From Bugula neritina (lineage: Eukaryota; Animalia; Bryozoa), in NCBI GenBank assembly GCA_964035545.1, contig CAXIUT010000208.1, forward strand, positions 1 through 32,631: 32,631 nt of DNA, read 5' to 3'. Below are positions 11,448-23,260 of this stretch, in pieces. Position 1 is the first letter of the stretch; each line of letters starts with the position of its first letter. Made by a program: the position numbers and the translations under genes. The notes under the pieces are model-generated. The model ran no database searches and was not told the origin of the DNA. It saw only the letters and a program-made list of their open reading frames with translations.

Positions 11448-12774
11448 ATGTCACTGAAGGATTTTGTAATTCTTTCAAAACTAGGCTAAGGAGCTTACTC
11501 TTCTGTCTATAAAGTACAACGTATCCAGGACTCACAAACGTATGCTCTCAAAAAAGTGAAGATGAACAATCTCTCACAAAAAGAACAATAAAACGCTCTT
11601 AATGAGGTTCGTATCTTAGCCTCTATTAAATGTCAGTATATTGTAGGATACAAACAAGCTTTTATCTAGTCTAATTCCCTTTGGTACTTTTTCCTATAGC
11701 CAGCATAGTAATGGACTACTCCGATGATGGAGACCTTTATCAGAAAATTGTCAAACATCAAAAGGAAGAAAGCATGTTTTCAGAGTAAGAAATTTGGAAA
11801 ACTCTGATCTATGTCGTTCTTGGACTTAAAAAGTTGCATGATCTCAACATTCTTCATCGAGACCTAAAAGTATTTTTAAAGATAAATAGAGTGCAAACGT
11901 TTTCCTAAGTAAGAACGGTCCTGCCAAGTTAGGAGACATGAATGTTTCGAAAATTGCCAAAAATGGACTTCTCTATACCCAAACAGGTACTCCATACTAT
12001 GCAAGTCCATAAGTTTGGAAAGATAAGCCTTATGATTCTAAATCAGATATCTGGTCACTAGGTTGTGTAATTTATGAGATGATAACACTAAAACCTCCTT
12101 TCAGAGCAGAAGATATGGATGGTTTGTACAAAAAGATAGTTAAAGGATCATATTCCAAAATTGGAGATCACTATTCTAAGCAGTTATCTGGAGTAATCAA
12201 GATGATGTTACAAGTTAACCCAGCTAATAGACCAACTGCAGACTCCCTTCTCAATAATATTTCATGGAAAGCTGATGAACTATCTATTAATTTGAAGTAA
12301 GAAATAAAAGTAAAAGATTAACTTCTTAAGACAATTAGAGCGAATAAAAATTTACATTATCTTACTGATAGATTACCAAAACCAGCTTATTAAGGATAAT
12401 AAGATCCTATTCCTCATCAAAAGTATAACAAAAATACAATGCCTAGTAGTAAAAACAAATCAAATGTTTCCACTAATATCAGCTTACGAGGACTTAATCT
12501 ACCAGCTATAGACAGAATCATCCTTAAAAATAACAATAATAAACTACCAGTAATCGGAGGAATCGAAGAAAGAAAATACAATGTTGATCACAGGAGTCTT
12601 GAAGGAATGTTAAGAATTTAAGGTCGAAGTCAAGGTCGAGGTGAGCATGAGTATGAAGATAGGAGAGGAGCTGATAGAGATATTAGAGCAGAACTGAGAA
12701 AAATTTATAATTTAAGATCTTCACCGAAAAAATCTGCGGTTAGAAGAAGAGTAGAACTACCAAGAATCAAATGA
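11448..12774 (+). CDS. NIMA-related (NEK/NRK, CNK2-like) Ser/Thr kinase, 428 aa; introns 11684-11703 and 11870-11889
   Basis: LGEGAYSSVYKV, YALKKV, NALNEVRILAS, HRDLK|SANVFL, KLGDMNVSK, TQTGTPYYASPEVW, KSDIWSLGC. Confidence 0.96.
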
Positions 12775-12808
12775 TTTTTTACAGCATATATGCTATAATA
12801 ATCTAATA

Positions 12809-14992
12809 ATGAATATCATCGAGATCACACCTCCTAAACATTTGAATTTCTGCCTTCCTTGTGACCTTCATCGTGTTCTTACACTAAGCAACCTCACATT
12901 GCAATCAATCTATGTCATGATTTTGAAATCACATGCCTATTAGGTAAGTCTTTCTAAAGATGCATTTCTAATGCAAGCATTTTAGTAAATAAAGATAGAT
13001 ATAAGTGTGAATTGGAGTCAATAAAGTAATAATTTATCAGTCGGTAAACTTCGCATAGTTTATCAAGAAGTCGAGGAAGATAATATCGAATAAGATCAAC
13101 TTAAGTCAATATTGCTATCAGTGAATAGTAAAAGCTACTCTGAAGATCTATCATTATAAGTACATCTCGACAATAAATCTCTTAATTTTTTAAACTATTA
13201 AGCAATTGAAAAATAAGACTCTATAAGCTATGTATCAATATCAAAGCACAACCAAAATAAATATTATTTGATGCAGAGAATAAGTCATTTATCAACTTCT
13301 ATAGAATATCAAAATAAAATAAACTCGAATTAATAGTTAAGTCATTAAATCTTATCATATCTACAAAGTTTAGCTGGAGTTGTTTCTATTTAACATTGCA
13401 AACAAAATGGATCTTTTATCATTTAATTTTCTAAAGAAAAAGAAGATACTTGTGATTTAGTATAATTTGATAGAGGAAACTCGAAAATTATATTTGTAGT
13501 TAAACGATTAATATCTTATGGCAATCCTCAGCCAATTTAAACTCTTGTTTGTTTTAATTAAAATAAATAAATTAATAATAGTCAACAAAAAATGACTATA
13601 ATTCAAAAATAAGTATAAAAACAAGGCAATAAAAAGTAAAATTCTATCCAAAACTTGTATAAAATTTAAGAAAAAACAGAATCTTCGGATGCCTAAAAAA
13701 GAGATCAATTTAAAAAAGATTTAGTTAAACAAACTTTCATTGGAAGAAGATAAATAGAAAAAGTAAAGTTAAAAAGAAAGAATAAATCTGAATAAAAAAT
13801 AATTGAAAATAGTTCTGATTAAGAAGATTAAGCTGAAATGTTTAAATAACAAATAAAGTAATTAAAACAACTTTAAATTAAAAGTATTAAAAAAATATAA
13901 ACTTAAAAAAATGAAAATATACCTAGGTAAGATAAATAGGTTCATGAAAAAATAAAAACTCAAGATACTTACATATAATTAAATGAAAAAGTGTTGAATA
14001 TTTATTTATAGAAGAAATAATTAACAACTTAAGTTTATGTATTAGTAAGAGATTGTGTAAGAATATTTGTTCTTTAAGATCCTATGGCAAAGAAAGTAAT
14101 AAAGTTTGATCCTATTTATGAATAAAATATTAACATGCCCACTCCACTTGAAAAATATAAAGATTAACTCATTTTTGGTAATTAAACTTCTCTTTTCTGG
14201 CTTAATTTATAAACAAGCTAAAGTTAATGGAAATATGTACAAAGAAAGTATATTTATTCTTTAGCTGTAATTTAATAATTAAGTTTAATAGTTGTAGGAG
14301 GCAAAAACTTTTCAAAATTAGCATATTTCGGAAAATAAACTACAAGAAGTAATCTAAAACTTTATAGTTGTAGTTCTTCTGATAAACATGATCATTTATT
14401 TACCTATGATATTCTTGGCAACAACGTAGGTAGTGTAACAAATATGGCATATGTGACAGCGCCTCCTCATGGGACTAAAATATTGATGGTTCAGACAGTT
14501 AATTCTGCTTCTCAGAGTACTTTTCACTTTCTAAGAGTAAAAGCTTTCAATAAAATTTAAGTCTATGGACATATTGAACTTGATGATCTTGGAATTTTAA
14601 ATCTTTTAAAATTCAAATATAACAAATAAAGTGGGAGAATTATTTGTATGGAAACACTAGGATAAACACAAATGGATACTTACAAAAAACTAAAATTAAA
14701 GTGCCAATATGAAAAAGTCTAAGTGTCTACGGAAGGACTAAAATTTCCACTAAAACAGTTTATATCTTTCCAGATAGGTGGAAGTAAAGAAGGAAAAACT
14801 CAAGAATGGATGTCTTTAGTCGATTAAAATGGAGGTTTAGTTTATATTTATCATTTTTAAACTGGATAACTAGAGTAAAAAATGATAGGAAAAGGATAGA
14901 TAAAACAAGTTTTTTCTGTTTATAATGGAAAATTTACAATAATAGGTTTAGAGACAGCTATTAGAATATGTTAGTAAATCAAAAATAAATGA
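12809..14992 (+). CDS. Protein with a divergent N-terminal MSP (VAP-like) domain, a central coiled coil and a possible C-terminal beta-propeller, 727 aa
   Basis: The N-terminus IEITPPKHLNFCLP...LTLSNLT fits the MSP pattern. The C-terminus has alternating beta-strands (LVDENGGLVYIYHFETG). Start and stop are in the same frame. Confidence 0.6.
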
Positions 14993-15017
14993 TTTGACGA
15001 TATTTACTTATTATTAA

Positions 15018-16708
15018 TCATTCGAAAATCAGTGGCCTAGTCAGCATATCATACATTTTATGTGGAAAACGAGTAAAAAACGTTTTATGCATTTTTTACA
15101 AAGCTATTTCTATGACCCAAGTATCTTTTAAAACTTCAACCTATTATTCTTCTTCAAAAACAGAATTATAAAACTTTTTTATATTTCCTAAAAACATATT
15201 TTTACTTGCTACTGCTTCTTCGTCTTCTTTAAATCTCATTGATCCTTTTACAACAAAGTAAATAGCAGCATTAATATTTACTTAAGACGAACCAGCTTCA
15301 AAAGTTTTCAAATGAGATATTTTACTTAAAACATCCCATTAAGATTAACTTTAAATTTGTTCCTCTTCAGTAATTTATTTCAAAGTTTTATCTAATTTTC
15401 CTACTTTCTTTTTTAAATTAGAAATAAAACTATTCTCTTTAACTCTACCCAATATACTTTCTGTTAGTTCTGACTTAATAGTATCAATTTGTTATCTTCC
15501 ATGAAAAAAGTAAATATTACTTTCTGGTTCAAACATAATTAATGCTTGTTTTTATCCAATTATTACTTGTTCTCCTTTCAAACAACTATCAGCTCCATGT
15601 AATATTCCTTTACTATCTTTTATATACCCTTTTCTCACATAAACAACTCTTTGACTTGAATTAAATTTTTATTAATGCTGCAAAACTTTAGTAGATAAAC
15701 GTCCATTGATATCTTTTTCTTTAAATTAGAAAGTTTAATTTCCTCTTCTTTGAGATAGTTGATTTTTAATATGGAGATGAGCATGAATAGTAAGTAATTA
15801 ACTATTGGTATTAAGTGTTACAAAATATTTATTATTATATTTTCTATCTACCCTATTGAAAATAATCTTCTTGCGATATACTTCTGGACTTTGCTAAAGT
15901 TGAGATTTAATATCTGTTTATATTTCATAAAGAATCAGATATTATAAATCCTTCATTGTTGTTAGTTAACTAGGAAAGTAATCAAGATTACTTGAGTGAA
16001 TTCTAATTCTCTTAAGTCCAAAAATAATATCCCAATATTAAATTTAATTCACCTGATTCTTCTTAAAACTAAATTCCAAACTACCTAATTTATGCTTTTC
16101 TAAATATAAATATTTTTACTTATTTAATCACATAGAATTTTTCCTTTTAATATCTTTTGAATCATTTCTTTCCTCCAAAAAAAATATAATTTCAACTTCT
16201 TCTTACACTCAAGATATATTTTCTCCTCAGTCAATATTCTAACAGTTGGAAGTTTCATCAAACACTCAAACCAATTTAAATTTAAAGAATTTGTCAAAAT
16301 AACAAATTTTAAAGCTGACATTGGTAAACCATAATAATCAAACAACTGTTATATATTTTAGGCAGGATCTAAGATTGCTATTTAATTGTCATAGATAAGC
16401 AATATATTTCTTCCCTTTTCAGCTATAATCATATTTAAACAATCTGGTTATCCATTAAATCCCAATCCTTCAGGCTAAATTCTCAAAGGTTTGGTTATTT
16501 TTTATTAACTCAATAATTTAATCAAATTTTCTTCATTTATATTACTTTATTTATGAAAACTCCATTTGATTTAATGAATATTGAGTTGCATTTATTCATG
16601 GATAAGATGTTAGATTCTTTTCTTAGTAATTTGATCAGCAACAATAATGCTACGACAAGAAAGATAATTTAGAGCCTACTTCGATACAAATATACTTGAA
16701 ATTGCCAT
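15018..16708 (-). CDS. Degenerate metallo-beta-lactamase plus cNMP-binding protein (PdeD/GbpA-like), 556 aa; intron 16100-16119
   Basis: AILDPAENIEQLFDYYGLPMSALKFVILTNS...TVRILTEEKI parallels the MBL-PDE region. IYFVVKGSMRF and VVYVRKGYI are cNMP-domain-like. Confidence 0.55.
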
Positions 16709-16874
16709 AAAAATAATGAAAGATTGATGATATAAGGATGACTCGGAAATATTATATGGTCAACTTTTATTTTCTTTAGAGCTGCTTTGTCAAGGTAAAG
16801 AGAGTTAGTCAATCCGAAAAGATATTTTTGTTTGTTAAATTTAAAGTATATACTAGATAGGGAGATATATACTA

Positions 16875-17933
16875 ATGATGATGAATCGCTATTATCTACA
16901 TTAACTTAATATTGAAATTATATAGAAAATGCTAAAATTCTTCTTTGAAGATTAAACAAATAAAGCCATCCAGAAGCTCACTAGCGTTGGACTCGGCAAC
17001 AAAGGAAAAGAAGTAACTTTATTCCAAAATCTAACAATACTAGTAGTCAACTATGTTTCAAAATCAATTCATCTATATCATTGTCTCAAAGCAATGAAGA
17101 AAATTAAACATACACCTGAATTACTACTAAAATATTGTGTCCTTATACATATTATTATCCAACAAAATAAATCAATTCCCAATGATAAGCTGCTATAATT
17201 TTTAAATAATTTACTAGAATCATGTTCTTCTCTTATAGAAATTTATTCTAAAAAATAGGCTAAATAGATAATCAACAAATCTGTTTCTAAATCCCTTTCA
17301 ACTCGTTCAGATGATTGTCTTATTTGTAAATAAGTTTTCATTCTTACAGGAATTATTCGACCATACATTTCTTATCTTCTAAAAGTAGTTTCTATTTTTT
17401 AGTTATATAAAAGAATTGAAAAGCATCAAATTCATCTTAAAAGACAATAAAGTTGGATGATAATCAATCTCTTCATTATGATTACTTCTATTACTGGTAA
17501 CTTCACCATGATTGGAAGATATTTCAAAAAAACTTATGGGCATCTAGTAGTTCTATTGACAAAAACTTTAGTCAGAGATATTAAACCAATGATGTAGTAA
17601 TTAAGTCAATATACCAAGTATAAGAACTCTTAACTGAAAAATATGCTAAATAGTCAAAAAGAAGACTTACAAGAACTATAATAGTTCATGAAACTTTTAT
17701 AAGAAATAGCAAAGCTAAATGAAAAACTATTGCCAGTTTTTCTGGGAAAATACTTTATAGATAGTCTTTATGACATATCCTAACCTCATTGGATTGATAC
17801 CAGTTCATCAAGATTTGATATTTTATTTAAGAAACAAAATAGATCAGAAGATAAGAAAAGAAAAAATTCGGCAGCTGATAGTGAAGATATTAAAAAGAAA
17901 AAAGTATTATAAAAATAGGAGTTAATTATTTGA
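16875..17933 (+). CDS. ANTH/ENTH-like helical protein, at least 352 aa; start uncertain
   Basis: AIQKLTS..., LLLKYCVLIHIIIQQ and IIRPYISYLLK resemble ANTH helices. The frame is open upstream to 16731. Confidence 0.5.
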
Positions 17934-17978
17934 TCTGAATAGGTTTATTTTAATAATAATATCAAGTGATAGCAATTA

Positions 17979-20116
17979 ATGAATTAAGGTTGTCACTAGT
18001 CTAATGTTGGTGACTCTATGTCCTAAAACATATCATATTCCCGTCTTGCATTAGAAATTTAAAAATAAGAAATAAACGATGATGATTTCCAATAGATAAA
18101 TCCTAAAACGTCAATAAACAAATGCAAAAGTCAACAATCAGAAAAAAGATAAGCTAAAAATAATTAATCATAATCAAATAAAAACAAAAACAAGATCAAA
18201 CAACAGATCTGCTACTCACAAGTTCAACATAGAAATGCTAGAATATAACCAAATTCAAAAAAATAATAAAATTCAGGACGACAATCAGTCACAGCTTCAG
18301 ACAAATATAATCATTCTTTGCTAGGAGCAAGTAAAAATCTTATTAAAACTAAATTAAAGTCAATCCAGTAAAATTAAATGGAATATGGAAGATCAGAAGA
18401 CTAGTGCACTGAACAACATAAAAGTATTTTATCTAATAAAATTGAAAAGAAAGGAAACATGAATAGTATAGATTATCCTCGAAAACCACCCTCAATATAC
18501 TCAGAACAAAATAGTCAGCCTATCTTAATAACTATGAAACGTAGTAGTCAAACATCTATTCTTAGTCATGATGTGTTTATAAGACCAATTAATGATAGTA
18601 TGGAAATATAACCATAAAGAAAAGAATAAGAAGAAGTCAGAAACACCTTAAAATATATTCCTGATGTTGATTAAAATACCTAAAATTTGAAACATTCATA
18701 ATAAGGAAGAGGAATTCTTTCAAGTATAGTTACCTTAAGTAATAAACATAAACAACTTTTAGAGAAAAATTTAATTACCTCAAGAGATTAAAAAAATAAA
18801 GAAAAATCAATTAATGTTAATGTAGAAATTAAAAAAGACAAAGATAAATAGAAATAAAAGATATAGAGTTCAGAAGCTAGTTCTTAAAGAAAGATTTTAT
18901 AAAAAGTAGCAAGTCTATAACAATTAATTTTTTAACTTGCGAAAATTAAAAAATCAAAAAGTAGATCCAAAAAAATGATACTAGAATCAAAAAGTGTTGA
19001 AAAAATAAATAATAATAAAATTTTAACCTAATAATACTCTTTAATAAATTGTTCTTCAATGGCATTAAACTAATTTTCAATACCTCATCTTATAAAAATA
19101 TTTAAGCATAGAATATGGAACTAAATATTTTAAAATAATCACAATAATCAAGAAAAAATATTAAAAATTCTCAAAAAAATATTATTACTATTCGACTGGA
19201 ACAAATAACTGATAATTATCAAAATATAAAAGGGATAAATAGTTGCAAAATTAGCATCTACCTCTCTCGCCACTATCTTATCTTAAAATTACTTTTATTT
19301 AGGTAAATATAGACAATCAAAAAATGGTATTGATAAATTATCAGGTTTTTAAATCTAAATTTAGAAATAAATTTATTCAGGATAATTCTATAATAACAAA
19401 AGAGACAGAAAAGGAGCTATATTTTTAAAAGATCTTTCTTCTTATTCTGGTGAATGGATAAATGGATCATGGGAAGGAAAAGGAACTTTCACATCTCAGG
19501 AAGGAAATATTTATTAAGGATAATTTAGAAAAGGATTAAAATCAGGATATGGAATATAGACATTCAAAAAAGGAGATGTTTATGAAGGTACTTATCTTAA
19601 GAATTTATACAATGGTAAAGGTAAAAATAAAATTATTTAGGTATCTACAAATGGTCGAATGGAGCTTTCTACATAGGATAATTTAAAGCAGGAAATATGC
19701 ATGGAAAAGGGCACTGGACTTCGAAAAATAAAGATTAATATAAAGGATAGTTTGTTGATGGACTAAAATAAGGAAAAGGAATATATCAATGGAATAATGG
19801 TAAAGTTTATGAAGGACTTTTTTCAAAAGGACATCCAACAAATCTCCCTCCAAATAATAATAAATCTAAAAAATAAACAAATCCAGTGCTAGAAAAAGAA
19901 AAAGCAAAATAAAAAGTAAAAGTAAAAGAGAAAAAGAAATAATTGTTTATATAACATAGAAAAGAGAAGAGAAAGATAAGAATTGAGTCTGAAATTAAAA
20001 ATATAGGAAAATAATGTAAACGAAGTTTTTCAGCTGACAATGCAATAAGACCTAGGATAAGCACTATCAAGTCATAAAAATATGGTGAGAAATTTAGAGT
20101 GATTTTTAATAACTGA
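17979..20116 (+). CDS. MORN-repeat protein with a long low-complexity N-terminus, 705 aa; intron 19621-19640
   Basis: About 6 MORN repeats (YSGEWINGSWEGKG, YEGEFRKGLKSGYG, YEGTYLKNLYNGKG, YIGEFKAGNMHGKG, YKGEFVDGLKEGKG, YEGLFSKG). Confidence 0.92.
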
Positions 20117-20140
20117 TACTACTAATGTTTTAATATTAAA

Positions 20141-20731
20141 TCAACGAGAAAAGAGCGAAGGCATCTGTGGAAGCTGTGGAATATGCTGAGTATATATTCC
20201 TGAGAATAATTGATTTTCCATCATTTATTTAATTAAAGAAAGTTGATCTCTTGTGTATTACACATCCCATCTCTATCCTTTTATGGTGACTTTCTTCTGC
20301 ATTTCATCAAGTGCTCTCCCCTTTCCACATTTACTTTTCTTCTTTTTTTTACCATCTTCTTTTTTTTTCTTTTACTATTTCTGATCTACAGGTTGAGTTA
20401 GTACTTTCTTTCCGGATATTTGTTATTATTTATCAACTTTATCATTAGTATCTACTTGCAAGAATGTAATTTTTATTTAGATATTGACTAATAGTTCATT
20501 TAGAGCCTTATTTATTGACTTATGCTTGTTTAGATACTCTTTAATAAGGCTAAACTTTTGATTTTTATTTGAAAGAGGAATAATATTATGTCCTTTAGAA
20601 GGTTCTAATATTGTTAAAAAAGAACTAGCAATCTCTGAAGAAGAATATCCTTATTATTCCATAAGAGATTGATATCTCGAGATAGAATTTACAACCTTTT
20701 TTAGAAGCTCTGAATTGTCTCCAGAATTCAT
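20141..20731 (-). CDS. Hypothetical protein, 196 aa, with a Lys-rich NLS-like patch
   Basis: ATG-to-TGA open frame of 591 nt. Confidence 0.75.
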
Positions 20732-20937
20732 GATCGTTATAATTTAAATAAAAAGATATCCAGTTTTATAAAAAATAAAAAATAAAAATATCTTTTTTAG
20801 AATCGCATATCATACTTACTGTGACTTCAAAAACAAGTTATATTAGTTTTAGTTTATAATTTGTTTTCTAATTGAAAATATGAATAAATAGAGGCAATTA
20901 TTAACATCTCAAATTAGTTAAATTGCATAATTAATTC

Positions 20938-21813
20938 ATGAAGTAGAATAGCCCAAAAGATCAAGCTTAAAAACAAAAAATCAAAGATGCAGGTTAAGAA
21001 ATCGTTCAAGCAGCAAAAAAAAGAATCTATACCTCTCACAGACGTGATAAATATTACTCTAGAAATGGAAGAGATATTAGTTTATATGAGTTAGCTAAAG
21101 ATGCAGAAACTATTGAAAGAAATTTAATGAAAGCAGCATTTTTGTATGCAGATGCAGCTAAAAGAGGGGAAAAACTGGACTCATGTATCAAAGATTTTGC
21201 CAGCATTTCGCATCAAATGGGACATACAGAAATAGGAGTTGATTTTCTTGTGAAGGTAAGAGTTTATTATGATGGAGACCTGAAGAAGTTTGATAGACTC
21301 TTAACAACTCTTGAGAAGCAAATTGAACCTTCAGGAAAGCATCACTGCAAAAGCATTCTAATTGAACTGCCATATCGTCAAAATATATCAAATAAACTTA
21401 TCACAGATATGTTTGCAAATGCAACTAGAATAAGAGATACAAAACTTTTCAACAATTTAAATATATCAAGTGAATTTATGGATTATGGAAAATGGCTGGT
21501 GGTTGAATTTTAGTCTTTTTCTGCAGCTAAAAAAACTTTATAAAAGTTTAATCAAGAAGAATGGTTTGGATTAAATAAATACTGGCTCAAAGGTATGTTT
21601 ATTGAATGCTAAGCTACTGATGGAAGATAAGATTTTGAAAAAGAACTCTTAGTTTCTGAGTAAATGATCAGAAAAAAAATTAAAGAAGAAAATTAACAAG
21701 GTTTATGGTAAATTAGAAATGAAAATGAAGTTGATCTGATGAATTGGTATGCAATTAGAATAATTGAAGAAAATATGATGGGAAAAGACTTCAAAAAAGA
21801 TCATAAATATTGA
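20938..21813 (+). CDS. TDM1/MS5 (POLLENLESS3)/SDI1-like TPR protein with an RRM-like C-terminal domain, about 291 aa
   Basis: SLYELAKDAETIERNLMKAAFLYADAAKRGEKLDSCIKDFASISHQMG matches the plant pattern SPYVRAKHAQLVEKD...AINAGDRVDSALKDMAVVMKQ. WLVVEFESFSAAKK is RNP1-like. Confidence 0.65.
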
Positions 21814-21859
21814 TTTGAATCCCTACTCTCTTATTTAATTTATTATTATATAAAAAATA

Positions 21860-23212
21860 ATGGAGTCAATATAAAAAAGAGCTATTTTTTGCCAAGATAA
21901 TGATTCAAACAAAAAGATCAACAAAGAGAATACATAAATAAAATAATAACCTTAGTCTGAAAAGTTAGATTAATGTGAAGATTGGTAGTTAATGCAAAAA
22001 GATTTTGAAAAGTACTTTTTAAAGAAAAAATAAAAAGTAATTCGTAGTTTACCTATCGAACAATACCCATAAAACAAATGGAAAGTCATAGGTACTTTTA
22101 AAGGAAGATTACTTTGTAAAATAAAATCAGTATACATCGAACCAAGCACAACATCTCTTTAACTCCTTGAAAAAAGCAAAGAAAGGTAAGTAGTATCTAA
22201 TCCAGTTGCAAATAAATATTGGCCTAAACGATATTGCTTTTTTGAAAAATATGATTAAGGTATCCAACTCGATGAAGAATCCTGGTTTAGTGTGACTCCT
22301 CAAGCTGTTGCCTAGCACATATCCAATCGATTAGCAAATTTTGACTGTATTTTAGATGGCTTTTGTGGATCTGGTGGAGACTCAATTCAATTAGCAAAAA
22401 CCTGCAAATAAGTTATTTCGAATGATATCGACTTTATCAAAGTAGGCATGCTTCTCAATAATGCTAAAATCTACAATATCAACAATATTACAACTTCAGT
22501 CAATAGTTTCTTCGATCTGAACTATCCCAAAGGTAAGATAGATATCATATATATGTCTCCTCCTTGGGGAGGACCAAATTATTTGCATAAATCATCGATA
22601 AAACCTGGTGATATGGAACCTTCACTACATAAAATCATTAAGAAAGCTTTCAGTATAAGTAAAAATCTTGCAATGCTACTATCTTGCAATATGGATCTCG
22701 ATTCTCTTGCTTAATCTATCAGTTTAGCCCTTGAAAATTATAATTCTGTAGAAAGCTGTTCTATGATAGTGTAAAAGATCTTTTTTCAAGGTAGACTTAA
22801 ATTTTTACTTGTTATCTTTGGAAAAGATGCAAATAAGGTTGAAAATACAACCTAGCTTGAATATATTTATCAAATGTTAAAGGATGGATAATAAAAGTTT
22901 TATGAAAAAGGAATAATAAAGAACATAAAAGAAAGATGGGGAATGATCAAATTGCTAAATAGCCTATTCTTTTGTTAGGGATACCGCTGGAAGCACAAAT
23001 CAAATCTTATTGAAAAGTTTTAATCCTATATTATCGATTAAAAGATGATCACAAAAGCAGAATTACAAAAACTAAAGAACAAAGAAAGAGATCCAAATAA
23101 CGAGATCAGCAAAAAAGAAGTTAAAGAGCAGAAGATTCAATTGAAGAACAAATAATTCATAGAAAAATGCTAAAATCAATTTAATCAGTAAAATGAATTG
23201 ATTAATGAATGA
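21860..23212 (+). CDS. TGS1: Trimethylguanosine synthase (snRNA/snoRNA cap hypermethylase), 450 aa
   Basis: KYWPKRYCFFEKYDEGIQLDEESWFSVTP, ILDGFCGSGGDSIQLA, NDID, NAKIY, YMSPPWGGPNY. Confidence 0.95.
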
Positions 23213-23260
23213 TGTGTTTAATTTTGATTATTAATAGAGAAATGTAATTTAAATATAGCT

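Noticed and set aside
11448-12774. Pseudogene interpretation of the in-frame TAA/TAG codons, or the standard ciliate UAR=Gln code
   Set aside because: Catalytic motifs are intact and UAR falls consistently on conserved Glu. One prohibitin TAA aligns with a Gln in animal proteins, but it is a single site against many Glu sites.
15802-15821. 20-nt GTAACAC...CAATAG intron-like string on the minus strand
   Set aside because: The frame is continuous without splicing and position -6 is C.
20812-20825. ATACTTACTG resembling the U1 snRNA 5' end
   Set aside because: It lacks ACTTACCTG, and I see no stem-loops or Sm site in the AT-rich flank.
21593-21613. Possible 21-nt in-frame intron in the TDM1-like gene
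   Set aside because: It is not needed for frame and lacks the -6 A, so it was left uncounted.
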